From contig NMRA01000341.1 of assembly GCA_002633005.1 (NCBI GenBank), forward strand, positions 67,093 to 115,592: a stretch of 48,500 nucleotides of DNA, given 5' to 3'. The notes beneath the pieces were generated by a model that worked only from the letters and a program-made list of their open reading frames with translations, was not told the DNA's origin and did not search any database. The stretch comes from Phoronis australis (lineage: Eukaryota > Animalia > Phoronida). Position 1 is the first letter of the stretch; the number at the start of each line of letters is the position of its first letter. The position numbers and the translations under genes were made by a program. Of the stretch, positions 13,401 to 23,260 are shown one piece after another.

Positions 13401-16400
13401 TATATAGTTAGATTTTATGGTATTCATATTAGTTAAATGAAACCTCACAAACTAAGAAAATGCATGGTGAAAACTCTTTAAATGACATAAATATTGTAAA
13501 AGTGAAACGCTTATATACTTTGCATGTACATTACTACTTCAAATAATAAAAGTCCATCTTCCTCCAACCTCGTTATTGCGTTTTGATTGATTTGTAATAT
13601 TAGTTTCCTGACTTGGCGTGAGACAGACACAGTCGATTGAAATCAAGTCAGATTACAAAAATAAGAGTGCCCCGTTGCCTAGAAACGTAATGTAGTTTGA
13701 CTAAGATTGTTGCTTGACGTTAGACGAAACTGATGAAATTCTGCCAGTGGCTGTTTTATATGTTTACGCTTTATCAAAATTGGTGCTCACCGTTCCACAG
13801 TCACGCCTAAAATATCTCTCTTCAACAAAACATCAACTAGAAAAGACTTACCCATAACGAGGCTGATTGAGGCAGTTTCTTCAAGCAACCATCTTGTATT
13901 AAAAATTTTCCATTTTTTTGAAGTTCTTTTTCGAGCAATAAATCAAAATGTTTAAGGTGAACTGTAATTGTCGATAATGCCTAGTTCGGCAGAGGAAGAC
14001 TAGGAAAGACTTACCTTCAACGAGGCTGATTGAGGCAGTTTCTTCAAGCAACCCTATTTGTATTAAAAATTGTCCCACAATCTAAATTTCAGTAAGATTC
14101 TCTCAGCTGTTCTTTGTGTAGCGAAAAATTCACATTCTGGATGAAAGGGTTCAATTTCAGAACTGATTCTGACAGTTGTAATTATCATATGGCAGAGCTT
14201 TGTTGCGGGCAAAGGCCAACGTAAATTCTCTGAATATCTCCATAGACAAGATTACGAAAATGTTAATACTTTGAGTTAAACAGTTACTGTACAGTTAGTA
14301 TAGGCAAGAGGAGATTACTTTCACGACTAGCTTCTAAGTAGGGGGTATTTAGTTTGAATTTTGACAATTTTTGCTGTATCTTAACTTGTTTTAACGACAC
14401 ATCTGCGTTTTGTTTTTGTTTAAAGAAACCAAGAAACGAACCCTGGCTCATCTTCATTTTACCAAATGTTCATTTTTAAAAATGCTCTTCCCAAGTAACA
14501 TCAATATGTTAGAAAGAAGTCACGAATATTACGTTAAACAAAATTTTATGGTTTTATTCCCCAGCAGGGAGATGACTGAAAGTTCTGTTTGAGGACTTAG
14601 GTTTTAGCTGATAAATAATGTGTTGAGTGAGATTCCTCTTCGTAATAAAACCGTAGCGTATCGGTCGGTCGTCTTGAGTAACTTCTTATTTGACAGTTCC
14701 TGAGAAGCCTCGATGAATCATTGTATCATTGCGGGACTACTTAACAACGGCTAAGTAAAAAATATTTTAACACTTTAGTTAAAATCCATGAACATATCAA
14801 GTACGTTTATCCAAATAACGGACACCTCAATATCGAACCCTTTAATACGGTAAGCGAACCCCTCAGTAATTGGTCAGCGGACCCTACAGTACTTGGTTAA
14901 CGGACCCCTCGATACTTGGTCAACGGAATCCTCAATACGTGGTCAACGGTCACCTCTCAATACTTGTCAAAATCGTTGAGTGTGTAACTTCCTGTTGAGG
15001 TGACACGCATGATTTAAATTTAGTTCAGCTTCGACCCGCCTCCCGTTCAGTAACGCTAGGACCTCGCTAAAAAGCAAGACTTCGCGAGATTACGTGAGAT
15101 ATTTCCGTGTATTTTAAGTGAGAACATGTGACTGAAACTAGATTTTAGCTAGGTCCTAGCGTAGGTCCTAGCGTTACTGAACGCACGCCTGGTCATACCA
15201 GCTCAGCAGCATGTCTCAAATTACAAACTTTAAGTGGTAACAATGATTTTTTACTATCAGCTCACTCAATCCACAAGCAATACAAGTGTTAAAATTGCAC
15301 AAAACCAGAAAATACTTTTTTCCATGAGACTATTATAACTTTAAACAGAATGTATTACACACATATTTCAATTTTTAATCTTTTGTTGTGTGCCACTGTA
15401 CACTTTATATGAGTGAAAACGCAGAATTTGACGCAGATTCACTCATATTTTAGTACCTTTTTGATGAGCTCTTCTATGTTCTAAATTGTTGAAAAAGTAA
15501 AACATATTTCTTAAAATTAATCTGGGGTAACATACTTAATAGCAGTCTTTGCGCAGCCAGTCGAGCGTACTATATTTTCGCTAGTTAATGTTAACGTTTA
15601 GATACTGATAGAATGTCATTGTCTCTGTTATAGTCATGTAGTTGTATTCTCCGCCTCAGGGTCATGCTGTTGCACAGTTGTGTAAAACTGTTGATCAAGT
15701 GACGGTGTTCGGGACTGCGTCGTACAACAAACACGAATCTATTAAAGGAATGATTGAACACCTGTATGACCACGACATTGACTATAGTCAGGAAATTAAG
15801 AAGTGAGTGATTTTATGATGATCGTTGTTCTTTTGACTTTAAGAATGTGTAGAGCCAGCAGTCATAGCTACAAGCAAAATGCGCTAAATTGTTGCAAACG
15901 ATTACGTGTACGAAGTTTTAGAAAGGAATGTGACTGCATGTGTATATAGTGGTATGATTATGGTATTCATGTACAGCTTTTCCTGACTCAGAAAACTGTC
16001 CCGGCAGGCCGATTCTCCTCCTCGGCTACTTTTACATTTTGGTGTATGGCGGGATGACTTTCAAACAAATTTCTGTCCACTACTATTCAAAATCTGGACG
16101 TGCGATTGACTTGTGCGACTTTTGAGGCATTTAAAAAAGATTAAAATAGACACATTGTTTGGTACCGGTCACGATGTTAGTCGTGACGTACATATACCCC
16201 ACATTACAGTGAAGCGTCGGACATAAAGTAGGCCTAACATCCACAGTTAAAAGTAGCACGAGTGCACCGATAAAGTGGTACAAATTTTATCTCATGTTCT
16301 ATACGTACAAGTACACCACGTTTGGTTGTGCTGTCAATGACTCCGTGGTAAAGATTGCGATTACCCGGTGTGACACCCTGGTGGCAATCGTGTGCCAGGG

Positions 16401-19400
16401 AGGGGGCAGCTGGTTAGGTCCTAAGTACCAATGCCTAAGCTCCGCTGTTTATTTTCTCAAACTTGGGCGAACACATCTTTTAAGGGTTTGGTAGTTCGAA
16501 AATTGTAGCACTCGATCTTTCGCTCGAATGATTTTCGGTTGGTGTGAATGGGGTAGTAATGTTTGAATAGGCTCAAAAACTTGCTGTGTAATATTTGATC
16601 GTTAAGGCAGGACCATTTGGGTATGTGCGGCTCCTTGCCGTAATACAATCTGTTGTTGTAGGCCGTATGCCGAGTATTTCTATCTCATTTGCTACGCTCT
16701 TGTGTATCTTCACAACAGTAACTATGGTGGGCGTGGCCTACATATACGTGTAACAGGGTTTGTCACAACTATTGCGTGCTGCATTTAATAAGCTAATGAG
16801 GTTGAATCAAGACTAAAATTAATGATGAAATGTTGTGCTAATCTAAATTTGAACAGATACTCGGCTTATTACTAACATCAGCTTCCTGTGAATATGTCTG
16901 CCAAAATAAAAATACTGGAATATCGATCGATTGCCTCGTTTTTAGGTCATCCCCAGAAGGCGTGAACATCGTTTTGGATTGCCTATGCGGCGAAGATGCA
17001 AACCGAGGCATTGGTTTGTTGAAACCAATGGGCAAATATATCTTGTACGGTGAGGTTTCATTTATTATCAGATATTCCGCTTTTGAGAGAGCCTCTTAGA
17101 GCACAGGGTTTTTAATCACTAGCCTACAGAACTTTCGACTATCACGGTTTGCAACGGGCCGACACTCGGCATTTAAAAAAAAAACATATGCCTACAAGGA
17201 TTCATTTTATGTTGTCATCAACTCGTGTCTTAGATATTCTTGTGAGGAATGTAAAAGAAGCAACATGTCAAAAAAGAATCCAGGGATTATGATATTGTCT
17301 AAAATTGCTTCAAAGAGCGGCACCATTTGCAGGCTTCACTTCAAAAGTTACTTAGCATAGGCCATTATGAAGTCGGGCCTCCCACGTACTTCCGTGCCCT
17401 CTGTCTTGACGTCACTTTAAGCACTTTGTGAATCCGTGGAACCCAGTCTGCCTACCGTATAAGCAATACAAGAGAATACTATTCTGACGACAAAACCCAA
17501 TTTTGCCAGGCGATATCTCGCGGAGACTTGCATAATCTTGTGTTTCCGCGAGTTTCTTTCGTCTACCGAACGCAGCCGCGTTTTCTTTGCTTTTGTAAGT
17601 TGCCGCCTCCATATAGAGCAAATCCAGCCTCGGCTGAACAAAATGGTGGCTACTGTTCAAAGTCGTTGATCGAAGACCTTGGATGATTGAGTTATGGCTC
17701 AAAAGTCGATTGTATAAGTTTAACTGGGTAGCAAAGGTAATCGATCAAGCACCTAGCTCACCTCATCCACACCCTCCGACGATTTTGGCTCGTGAGGTGC
17801 GGATGTTCACCTCAAGAACCATTTGACGCAGACGTGAACTATATACATACATGTACACTGTACATACATGCACACAGACACACACACTCACGCACACACG
17901 CACGCACACACACCGTCACACACATGACATGCACACACATGCACACAAACTTAGATTACTGGCATTGGAGGCAACTGGCGACCCTGTTAAAAATAGTGCC
18001 GTGTTACCAATCAAAATCGCATCTGTTTCAGGTTCTTCGAATATTGTCTCTGGTGAAACCAAAAGCTTTTTCAGCTTAGCCAAGTCTGTGAGTATTACGG
18101 GAATGTGTGACATTATCTTATGCGGAAACTACAAGTTCAACTGAGAAATTTCAAGAATTTAAAGGTTTATAGACATCATTTTTGCATAATGATACTTAAA
18201 GCTGCATTTCGCCCTGTTTAGCTAGCTAAAACACGAAAATCGAACCAACCCTTTCACTATCATAAAATTGGTCTCATAATATTCCTTACCGTAATAGGAT
18301 TCCATTTCCGTTACCAACAAGAACATCGAAATCCTCAGTGACTCTAGAAAACGCTTCTGCGTTTGTTGTGGTTGGCCATCGCTAAGCAAATTCGAATGGT
18401 GCATGTACTCATTGTAGTGTTGAAAGAAATAGACTCGTATCACGGTAAACATTAAACATAACGAGGCCGATTATATTAGAGTGAAAGGCCAATTCGATTT
18501 TCGTTTTGTGCCAGCAAAACCGGACGAAATGCATATTTAAAACAGATGATGAGATTTTACCCATTTACATAATTCAGATATGACTGACATAAGTTAATGT
18601 GGTAAATTCATTTGCACTATCTCCTACTCGTGATATTGTTAAGTCCTATTCAGAAATTCAGAGCGCGCGATGATCGAATTAATTGCTTATGAAAACCATG
18701 GTGTGCATTAGAGGGCGATTGTGGTGCCATTGCTTTAAAAACATAATGGGTTAACAGCGTCACATGTCATCATGTTCATCTTCGAAACGTTTGGTCTTTG
18801 ACAGAGATGATATCAATTAGGTGTATATCTGCCAGAGATGATATCAATTAGGTGTATATCTGCCAGAGATGATATCAATTAGGTGTATATCTGCCAGAGA
18901 TGATATCAATTAGGTGTATATCTGCCAGAGATGATATCAATTAGGTGTATATCTGCCAGAGATGATATCACAATGATGTGCATCATAATGCCAATTTACC
19001 TTCTTTGAAGTGTTGTATTGTCTCAGACAGTTACCAGTGGCGGATTTAGAGGGGGGCCAAGGTGGGCATGGCCCCTAAAATTCTCCCAGATTTCATTTGG
19101 CAGTTCGGGGGTGCGAATGTCTGGCGGGCAGAATCCTGGAATATACCCTGCCCTGGCCCCCTAACTCAAAATTCTGGATCCGCCCCTGGTTACATCCTAC
19201 AATCTGGAGAAAACAAATGAGAAAGTATTATTATGTCATCTGTTTTGCATGCAGTTTCAACAATTGACAATCGGTATTTAATCGAGTGTTCCCTTCATAA
19301 TGCACAGTCTCGCCTATAGGTAATTTAGCATATCATCATAACTTTCTTTTCGTTAAGCTTAGTAATTACTAAGTTTGACGAAAAGAAAAGTTAAAATAGA

Positions 19401-22340
19401 TGCCATTCTTCATCACAGTGTGTCCCACGTGCAACTGCATATTCTGCGATAAGCGTGAGGATTCGATAATTTTGTTCGTAAATTCACCTATTACCTCGCT
19501 TGATTGATCTGCGAGGAACAAGACCGTTTTTCACCTTGTTACACCCGGGAATTACTTGCAAGGACTCCACTGGGTATCATGACTGAGTAATTTGTTGAAA
19601 CTACCGTTTTTTACTAGTTGTGACGAACGTTATGTGCAATTCAAAAGCAAATCATGCTCATTTTAGTGGTGGCAAGTGGACCGCATCAGTCCCATTAAGC
19701 TCTACGAAGAGAACAAGAGCGTGTCTGGCTTCCAACTTCGACAGCTGGCCTTTAGACAGGGGCAGCAAGACTACCTACGAGGCGTTATGGAAATACTTAT
19801 GGGTTATTATACAGAGGGAAAGATACGTCCACGCATTGACTCCACCTGGGCATTTGAAGACGTAAGCTACCGAGTTAACTGCTCGATAAGTCAGTTTAGT
19901 GCGTTATCGGTCGTATAGACCTTCTCTAGTTTGTTCATTGCTGCGACCGCTTGATGCATGGCGTTGTCAATCTTAAATATACTAATTAATAGCTGGAAGC
20001 CACGAAACCTTGTTGTTCTTTGCCTCTAATAGTCACTGCGTGAGACATGCGTACACAGTATGAGTCACGAAAACATTTATTCACTATTTTCCACTATTTG
20101 AATAAAAAGTACTTAAAATCCACTCACCGCCGAGTCGCTTCACAACTTCCAGTAATATATAGGACTGCAAATGATATATGTATGAAATGAAGAATGCTCC
20201 TTTTTTCAAACAATCCGGTGAATGAATAAAACAGTTGTCGCTCTAAAATTCTTTTTCATTAACCGGCTAGCCTTTGCCTCAGTGCAAACGTCACGGTAAT
20301 GGCATATCTGTCTAGGAAAGTTTCATTTGCTCGGAACTGAAAGCACATTACTTCTCAATATTTGGAACAGTGGTTTAGTTTATATTGGGTGCATTTTAGA
20401 AACCGAAAAATAGTTCCTTGGTATATCTCAACATTAAATTACATTCGTATTTCACAGTATGGTAATGCGCAAAGGACAACGTGACATTTCTGTACGCGCC
20501 GGTGTTTACGCATTGCTATTATACCCGTAACAATTGTTACATTATGTCCTAGGTTACGGACGCCTTCCAGAAGATGCTGAGCCGTGAAAACGTAGGAAAG
20601 ATGCTCCTTGATCCTGCGCTCACCAGCAAGAACTCTGTAAGTATGACCGCAACTTCGGTTCTAAAACCGACCATTCCGCTGTACTTAGTCCGTTTAAGGT
20701 GCAGTAGTGTGTGCATTGCGTTGCTCCTGTTTACAAATCATTGACTAGTAGTTTACGCGCACTTATATGATTACAATTTGGACACTAGGGGGACTTCAAA
20801 TGGTTAATATGCATACTTTAAGCAAAGCTTTAAAAATCGCCATGGCCCGTAAATATCTTGAAAGCCCTGCGTCTAAAAGTGGTGAATTACTGTATTCACT
20901 CTACCCGTTCTTAAAGAATTTTGCCTCATTTGGAGATGAATTTATTAAGTCGAAGTTAACTCTAATTGGTAATTCCTACTGGCGCGACATATTTGGAAGT
21001 ATGACATCTTTCTACAATAAAATAATTGTTGCGAGTAAAGAGGACTTTTTGAATCAACCTTTGGGGTTTAATAGTAACTTGGCGATAGAAGGCTCAAGTG
21101 TTTTTCATAACCCTTGGTTTGTAAAAGGTTTAAGATTTATTAGAGATATGTATACCTCTGGTGGTGATTTCGTTGGTTTGAACCATATGAAAAATGGGTT
21201 CGATGTAAAGACCAACTTTGTTGAATATAATGGTGTTGTTTCAAAAAGGTTTCAAAAAAGTCTATTTCAAAGTAAATTTAAAAGTGTTAATGTCTACTCT
21301 CCTTGCATGCCTTTAGCAATTACTCATTTACGGAAAGATTTGAAGGGTTGTAGACATATTTGTTCAGTTTTTAATGACGTTAAGAAACCTTCTAAGTATG
21401 AGTGTAAACGGGAAATAGAATTAGGAGATAGTTTAGATTTTTAGAAAAATACCAATTGCCTTATGAAATTACAAAGGATCCCAACATTAGATGGCTCCAA
21501 TTTAGAATTCTACACAGGATTATTTCAACAAATACCTTTTTAGTCAAACTCGGGATTCTAATTTATGTTCCTTTGGTAATAAAGCTCCAGAGACGCTGTC
21601 ACACATTTTTTTGGGGAATGTGGTCTTGTACAAGATTTCTGGAAGGAATTCGGAAAACTACCTCAAAAGTGTCACACTCAGCTTCCCAACTGTCTCTCTA
21701 ACGAACGTGTTATTCTTGGACTTTATGAGACGCAGATTTTCTATTTAACATCTGCTTCCACTAGCCAAACAGTACATTTACAAGGAGAGATGTCACAAAA
21801 ATATACCTAATTTTCACAAATTAGTTACATATACTTATGAGTACTATAATGCTGAAAAATTAATTGCATATAAAAACTTTGTATACGACAGCTTCTCTGC
21901 GAAATGGGAATATTTCATTGTTAACGTTAACTCCATGTAGAAGTTGTTTACGTTATACGAGATGCGAGAATGGTCTCTCCTGAGGTGTGCATGCGTGAAT
22001 GGATTTTCTTATTTGTTTGTTTGTTTATTATACTTGTTTATAAATGATATTAAATACCAGAAAAAATAATGCTGTCCTATCCCGTTTTCAACAAAATAGT
22101 GCTTGTCCAAAATTATTGTCAAAATGGCTCAACATTGTTTAACGAAACATGACGCAGGGATATATAGCGGAGATACTTCGCTTTTATGCAATTTTGACTG
22201 CAGTTCGAGGGGCCCATTTATTTTGTATCATGGTATAGACTTCAGCGCATAATCAATATTTAAATACATTTAAAAATGTATGGTTTGGCAACGTTCTTGA
22301 TAATTTGACATAGGAAATGGTGAAGGAAGTGTTCTTTTAA
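4264..22340 (+). CDS. VAT1L: Synaptic vesicle membrane protein VAT-1 homolog-like (MDR/zeta-crystallin-type NADPH oxidoreductase), spliced gene model
   Basis: join(4264..4448,11159..11288,12057..12272,15660..15802,16946..17049,18032..18087,19667..19861,20553..20636, tentative 22314..22340). All introns are GT-AG with matching phases; 371 codons through exon 8. Motifs PKTPVVPGFECSG, LFEVGNLRPGQSVLVHS, IVLDCLCG and GETKSFFSLAKSWWQVDRISPIKLYEENK match VAT1L as I recall it. Confidence 0.92.
5440..7049 (+). mobile_element. Kolobok-type non-autonomous DNA transposon, family A, copy 2 (VAT1L intron 1)
   Basis: TTAA|AGGAGAATGCCACCC...GGGTGGCATTCTCCT|TTAA (perfect 15-bp TIR, TTAA TSD); ORF 5554..5928 carries THAP-like GISFFRL..RKWL..LRECGRHFVDSDF. 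Confidence 0.9.
7402..7531. mobile_element. Short MITE, partial copy, inverted relative to 15044..15192
   Basis: Reverse-complement match over ~130 bp to 15063..15192. Confidence 0.75.
9310..11150. repeat. CAT/CAC/CGT-rich low-complexity region with internal direct duplications
   Basis: 9432..9574 resembles 9582..9729; 9963..10052 resembles 10060..10150; split by the solo LTR. Confidence 0.75.
10366..10783 (-). mobile_element. Solo LTR (418 bp), Gypsy/BEL-type
   Basis: On -: TGTGACG...CGTGACA termini; flanks TCCAG/TCCGG (4/5 TSD); composition differs sharply from the surrounding CAT-rich DNA. Confidence 0.7.
11159..11288 (+). CDS. VAT1L: VAT1L exon 2 (CGIGFQDLMV...NVSGFD)
   Basis: Acceptor ttttccag; PKTPVVPGFECSGEVEAVG; donor GTCAGT. 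Confidence 0.93.
11394..11600. repeat. ~41-bp degenerate tandem repeat (CAGTACACAGCTGCAACACCCAATGCA...)
   Basis: 4-5 units visible. Confidence 0.75.
12057..12272 (+). CDS. VAT1L: VAT1L exon 3 (IGDHVIAF...HSVGGSL)
   Basis: Acceptor tttttag; 72 codons; donor GTAAGG. Confidence 0.93.
12353..13481 (+). mobile_element. Kolobok-type element, family B, with THAP remnant (+) and KolX-like remnant (-)
   Basis: TTAA|AGAGTTCCCACCATG...CATGGTGAAAACTCT|TTAA (13/15 TIR); ORF 12603..12833 MKRCVCGGCSN...KKWRQFV; minus-strand ITHPRLEAVCL. Confidence 0.82.
13837..14071. repeat. Two ~70-bp direct repeats
   Basis: AAAGACTTACC..AACGAGGCTGATTGAGGCAGTTTCTTCAAGCAACC..TGTATTAAAAATT near 13842 and 14005. Confidence 0.8.
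14817..14968. repeat. ~23-bp minisatellite (GGTCAACGGACCCCTCAATACTT)n
   Basis: About 6 degenerate units. Confidence 0.75.
15044..15192. mobile_element. Short MITE with internal inverted repeats
   Basis: CGTTCAGTAACGCTAGGACCT...AGGTCCTAGCGTTACTGAACG is a perfect 21-bp inverted repeat; second copy at 7402. Confidence 0.78.
15660..15802 (+). CDS. VAT1L: VAT1L exon 4 (GHAVAQLCKTV...YSQEIK)
   Basis: Acceptor cctcag; VTVFGTASYNKHE motif; donor GTGAGT. Confidence 0.93.
16946..17049 (+). CDS. VAT1L: VAT1L exon 5 (SSPEGVNIVLDCLCG...KYILY)
   Basis: Acceptor tttttag; donor GTGAGG; phases consistent. Confidence 0.93.
17841..17947. repeat. (CA)n-rich microsatellite
   Basis: Interrupted CA/CG/TA dinucleotides. 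Confidence 0.85.
18032..18087 (+). CDS. VAT1L: VAT1L exon 6 (GSSNIVSGETKSFFSLAKS)
   Basis: Acceptor tttcag; donor GTGAGT. Confidence 0.92.
18196..18540. mobile_element. TTAA-flanked MITE (Kolobok-like), family C
   Basis: TTAA|AGCTGCATTTCGCCC...GGACGAAATGCATAT|TTAA (12/15 TIR). Confidence 0.6.
18802..18970. repeat. Perfect 31-bp tandem repeat, 5 copies plus 14 nt
   Basis: CAGAGATGATATCAATTAGGTGTATATCTGC at 18802, 18833, 18864, 18895 and 18926. Confidence 0.95.
19035..19188. mobile_element. GC-rich MITE (CAGTGGCGGAT...ATCCGCCCCTG) with 5-bp TSD
   Basis: TSD GTTAC on both sides; 10/11 TIR. Confidence 0.82.
19667..19861 (+). CDS. VAT1L: VAT1L exon 7 (WWQVDRISPIKL...STWAFED)
   Basis: Acceptor ttttag; 65 codons; donor GTAAGC. 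Confidence 0.93.
20553..20636 (+). CDS. VAT1L: VAT1L exon 8 (VTDAFQKMLSRENVGKMLLDPALTSKNS)
   Basis: Acceptor cctag; MDR C-terminal NVGKMLL motif; consensus donor GTAAGT. Confidence 0.9.
20767..22070 (+). mobile_element. 5'-truncated degenerate L1/Tx1-clade LINE (ORF2 C-terminal region), downstream of VAT1L exon 8
   Basis: GGLQMVN, YWRDIF, IRWLQFRILHRIISTN and decayed zinc knuckle LCSFGN..ETLSHIF..EC..VQDFW, with stops and frameshifts; (TTTG)n and A-rich 3' end. Confidence 0.8.
22314..22340 (+). CDS. VAT1L: Candidate VAT1L terminal exon (EMVKEVFF*)
   Basis: Possible acceptor ttgacatag in phase 0, stop TAA, AATAAA at 22565..22570; no homology support. Confidence 0.35.
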   Translation, partial: EMVKEVFF

Positions 22341-22543
22341 AGGCGTATTGAGCCCTACACCGGTTAGTACTTCGGTACTATGTGTATTACCGTGGAAACC
22401 CCGTTACACTCAGTGACAATGTCGTTTGTTTAGATTTTTGCTTTAACATGGGTCTTAAAACATCATGTCAGGAAATAAGGCGTCCCTATGTACTTTGAAG
22501 TTGGCCATTTTTACCTGCCGATGTAGGCTGAATATGCCTTTAA
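22337..22543. mobile_element. TTAA-flanked MITE (Kolobok-like), family D
   Basis: TTAA|AGGCGTATTGAGCCCTACACCGG...CCGATGTAGGCTGAATATGCCT|TTAA (~22-bp imperfect TIR). Confidence 0.72.
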
Positions 22544-23096
22544 CTAACTGCTGATAGTTGATTTAATAAAATGTGAATGATTTACGAGCTGGAAAGCATT
22601 GTAAAAACTACCTTAAATGGGTTGTGTATTCAATAGGCATCTTGGCCGTTTTATGGGGGCATACAGGGCAAGTTTACTGGACTGCACGCAGGAACCCTCT
22701 ACCCCTATTGCCTCCAGTTTCATTCACCAGAACAGGCACCCCAATTTCCTACCCATTTCATATACAATTAACTAGGCACGGATGTTGGGGGTCCAGTGCA
22801 CGGCTGCATGAAACAGTCCCAAACAGCGACTCCACTATGTTCCTTAAGTCTACTGCGTATTTGTGAGTTTTCTACGTTGAATTCTCAATATTACTTAAAA
22901 CAAGTAGGGATATTTCCATGAAACGCCCCCAAGTCCCTAAATATTTTGACTGAATTGCGGGCTCAGTTTTTAGTTCTATTATTAGAAAACGTCATAAGTC
23001 AAAAGAGGACCTCGTGATAAAGATAAAATGATAGAAAAATATAACAAATATGAGTAAAAAAATACACACGTAAAAGATTTAGGCAACTCAGTCGAG

Positions 23097-23260
23097 CACA
23101 GGCGGATCCAGGTTGGGGGTAAAAGGGGTCCGGGCCCCCATTTTCTCTTGATTTTAGTGATTTCAAATTTAAAATTTTCAAATTGTTGACTTGGACCACC
23201 CTTCTTAAAAAATCTTTGATCCCACCCCCACCCTTTTAAAAATTCCTGGATCAGCCCCTG
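23097..23260. mobile_element. GC-rich MITE related to 19035..19188
   Basis: CACAGGCGGATCCAGG...CCTGGATCAGCCCCTG; flanks TCGAG/TTGAG form an imperfect TSD. Confidence 0.7.

Noticed and set aside
18802-18970. CRISPR-like 31-33 bp repeats (also at 26347 and 43744)
   Set aside because: Units are directly tandem with no unique spacers, there are no cas genes, and the context is eukaryotic.
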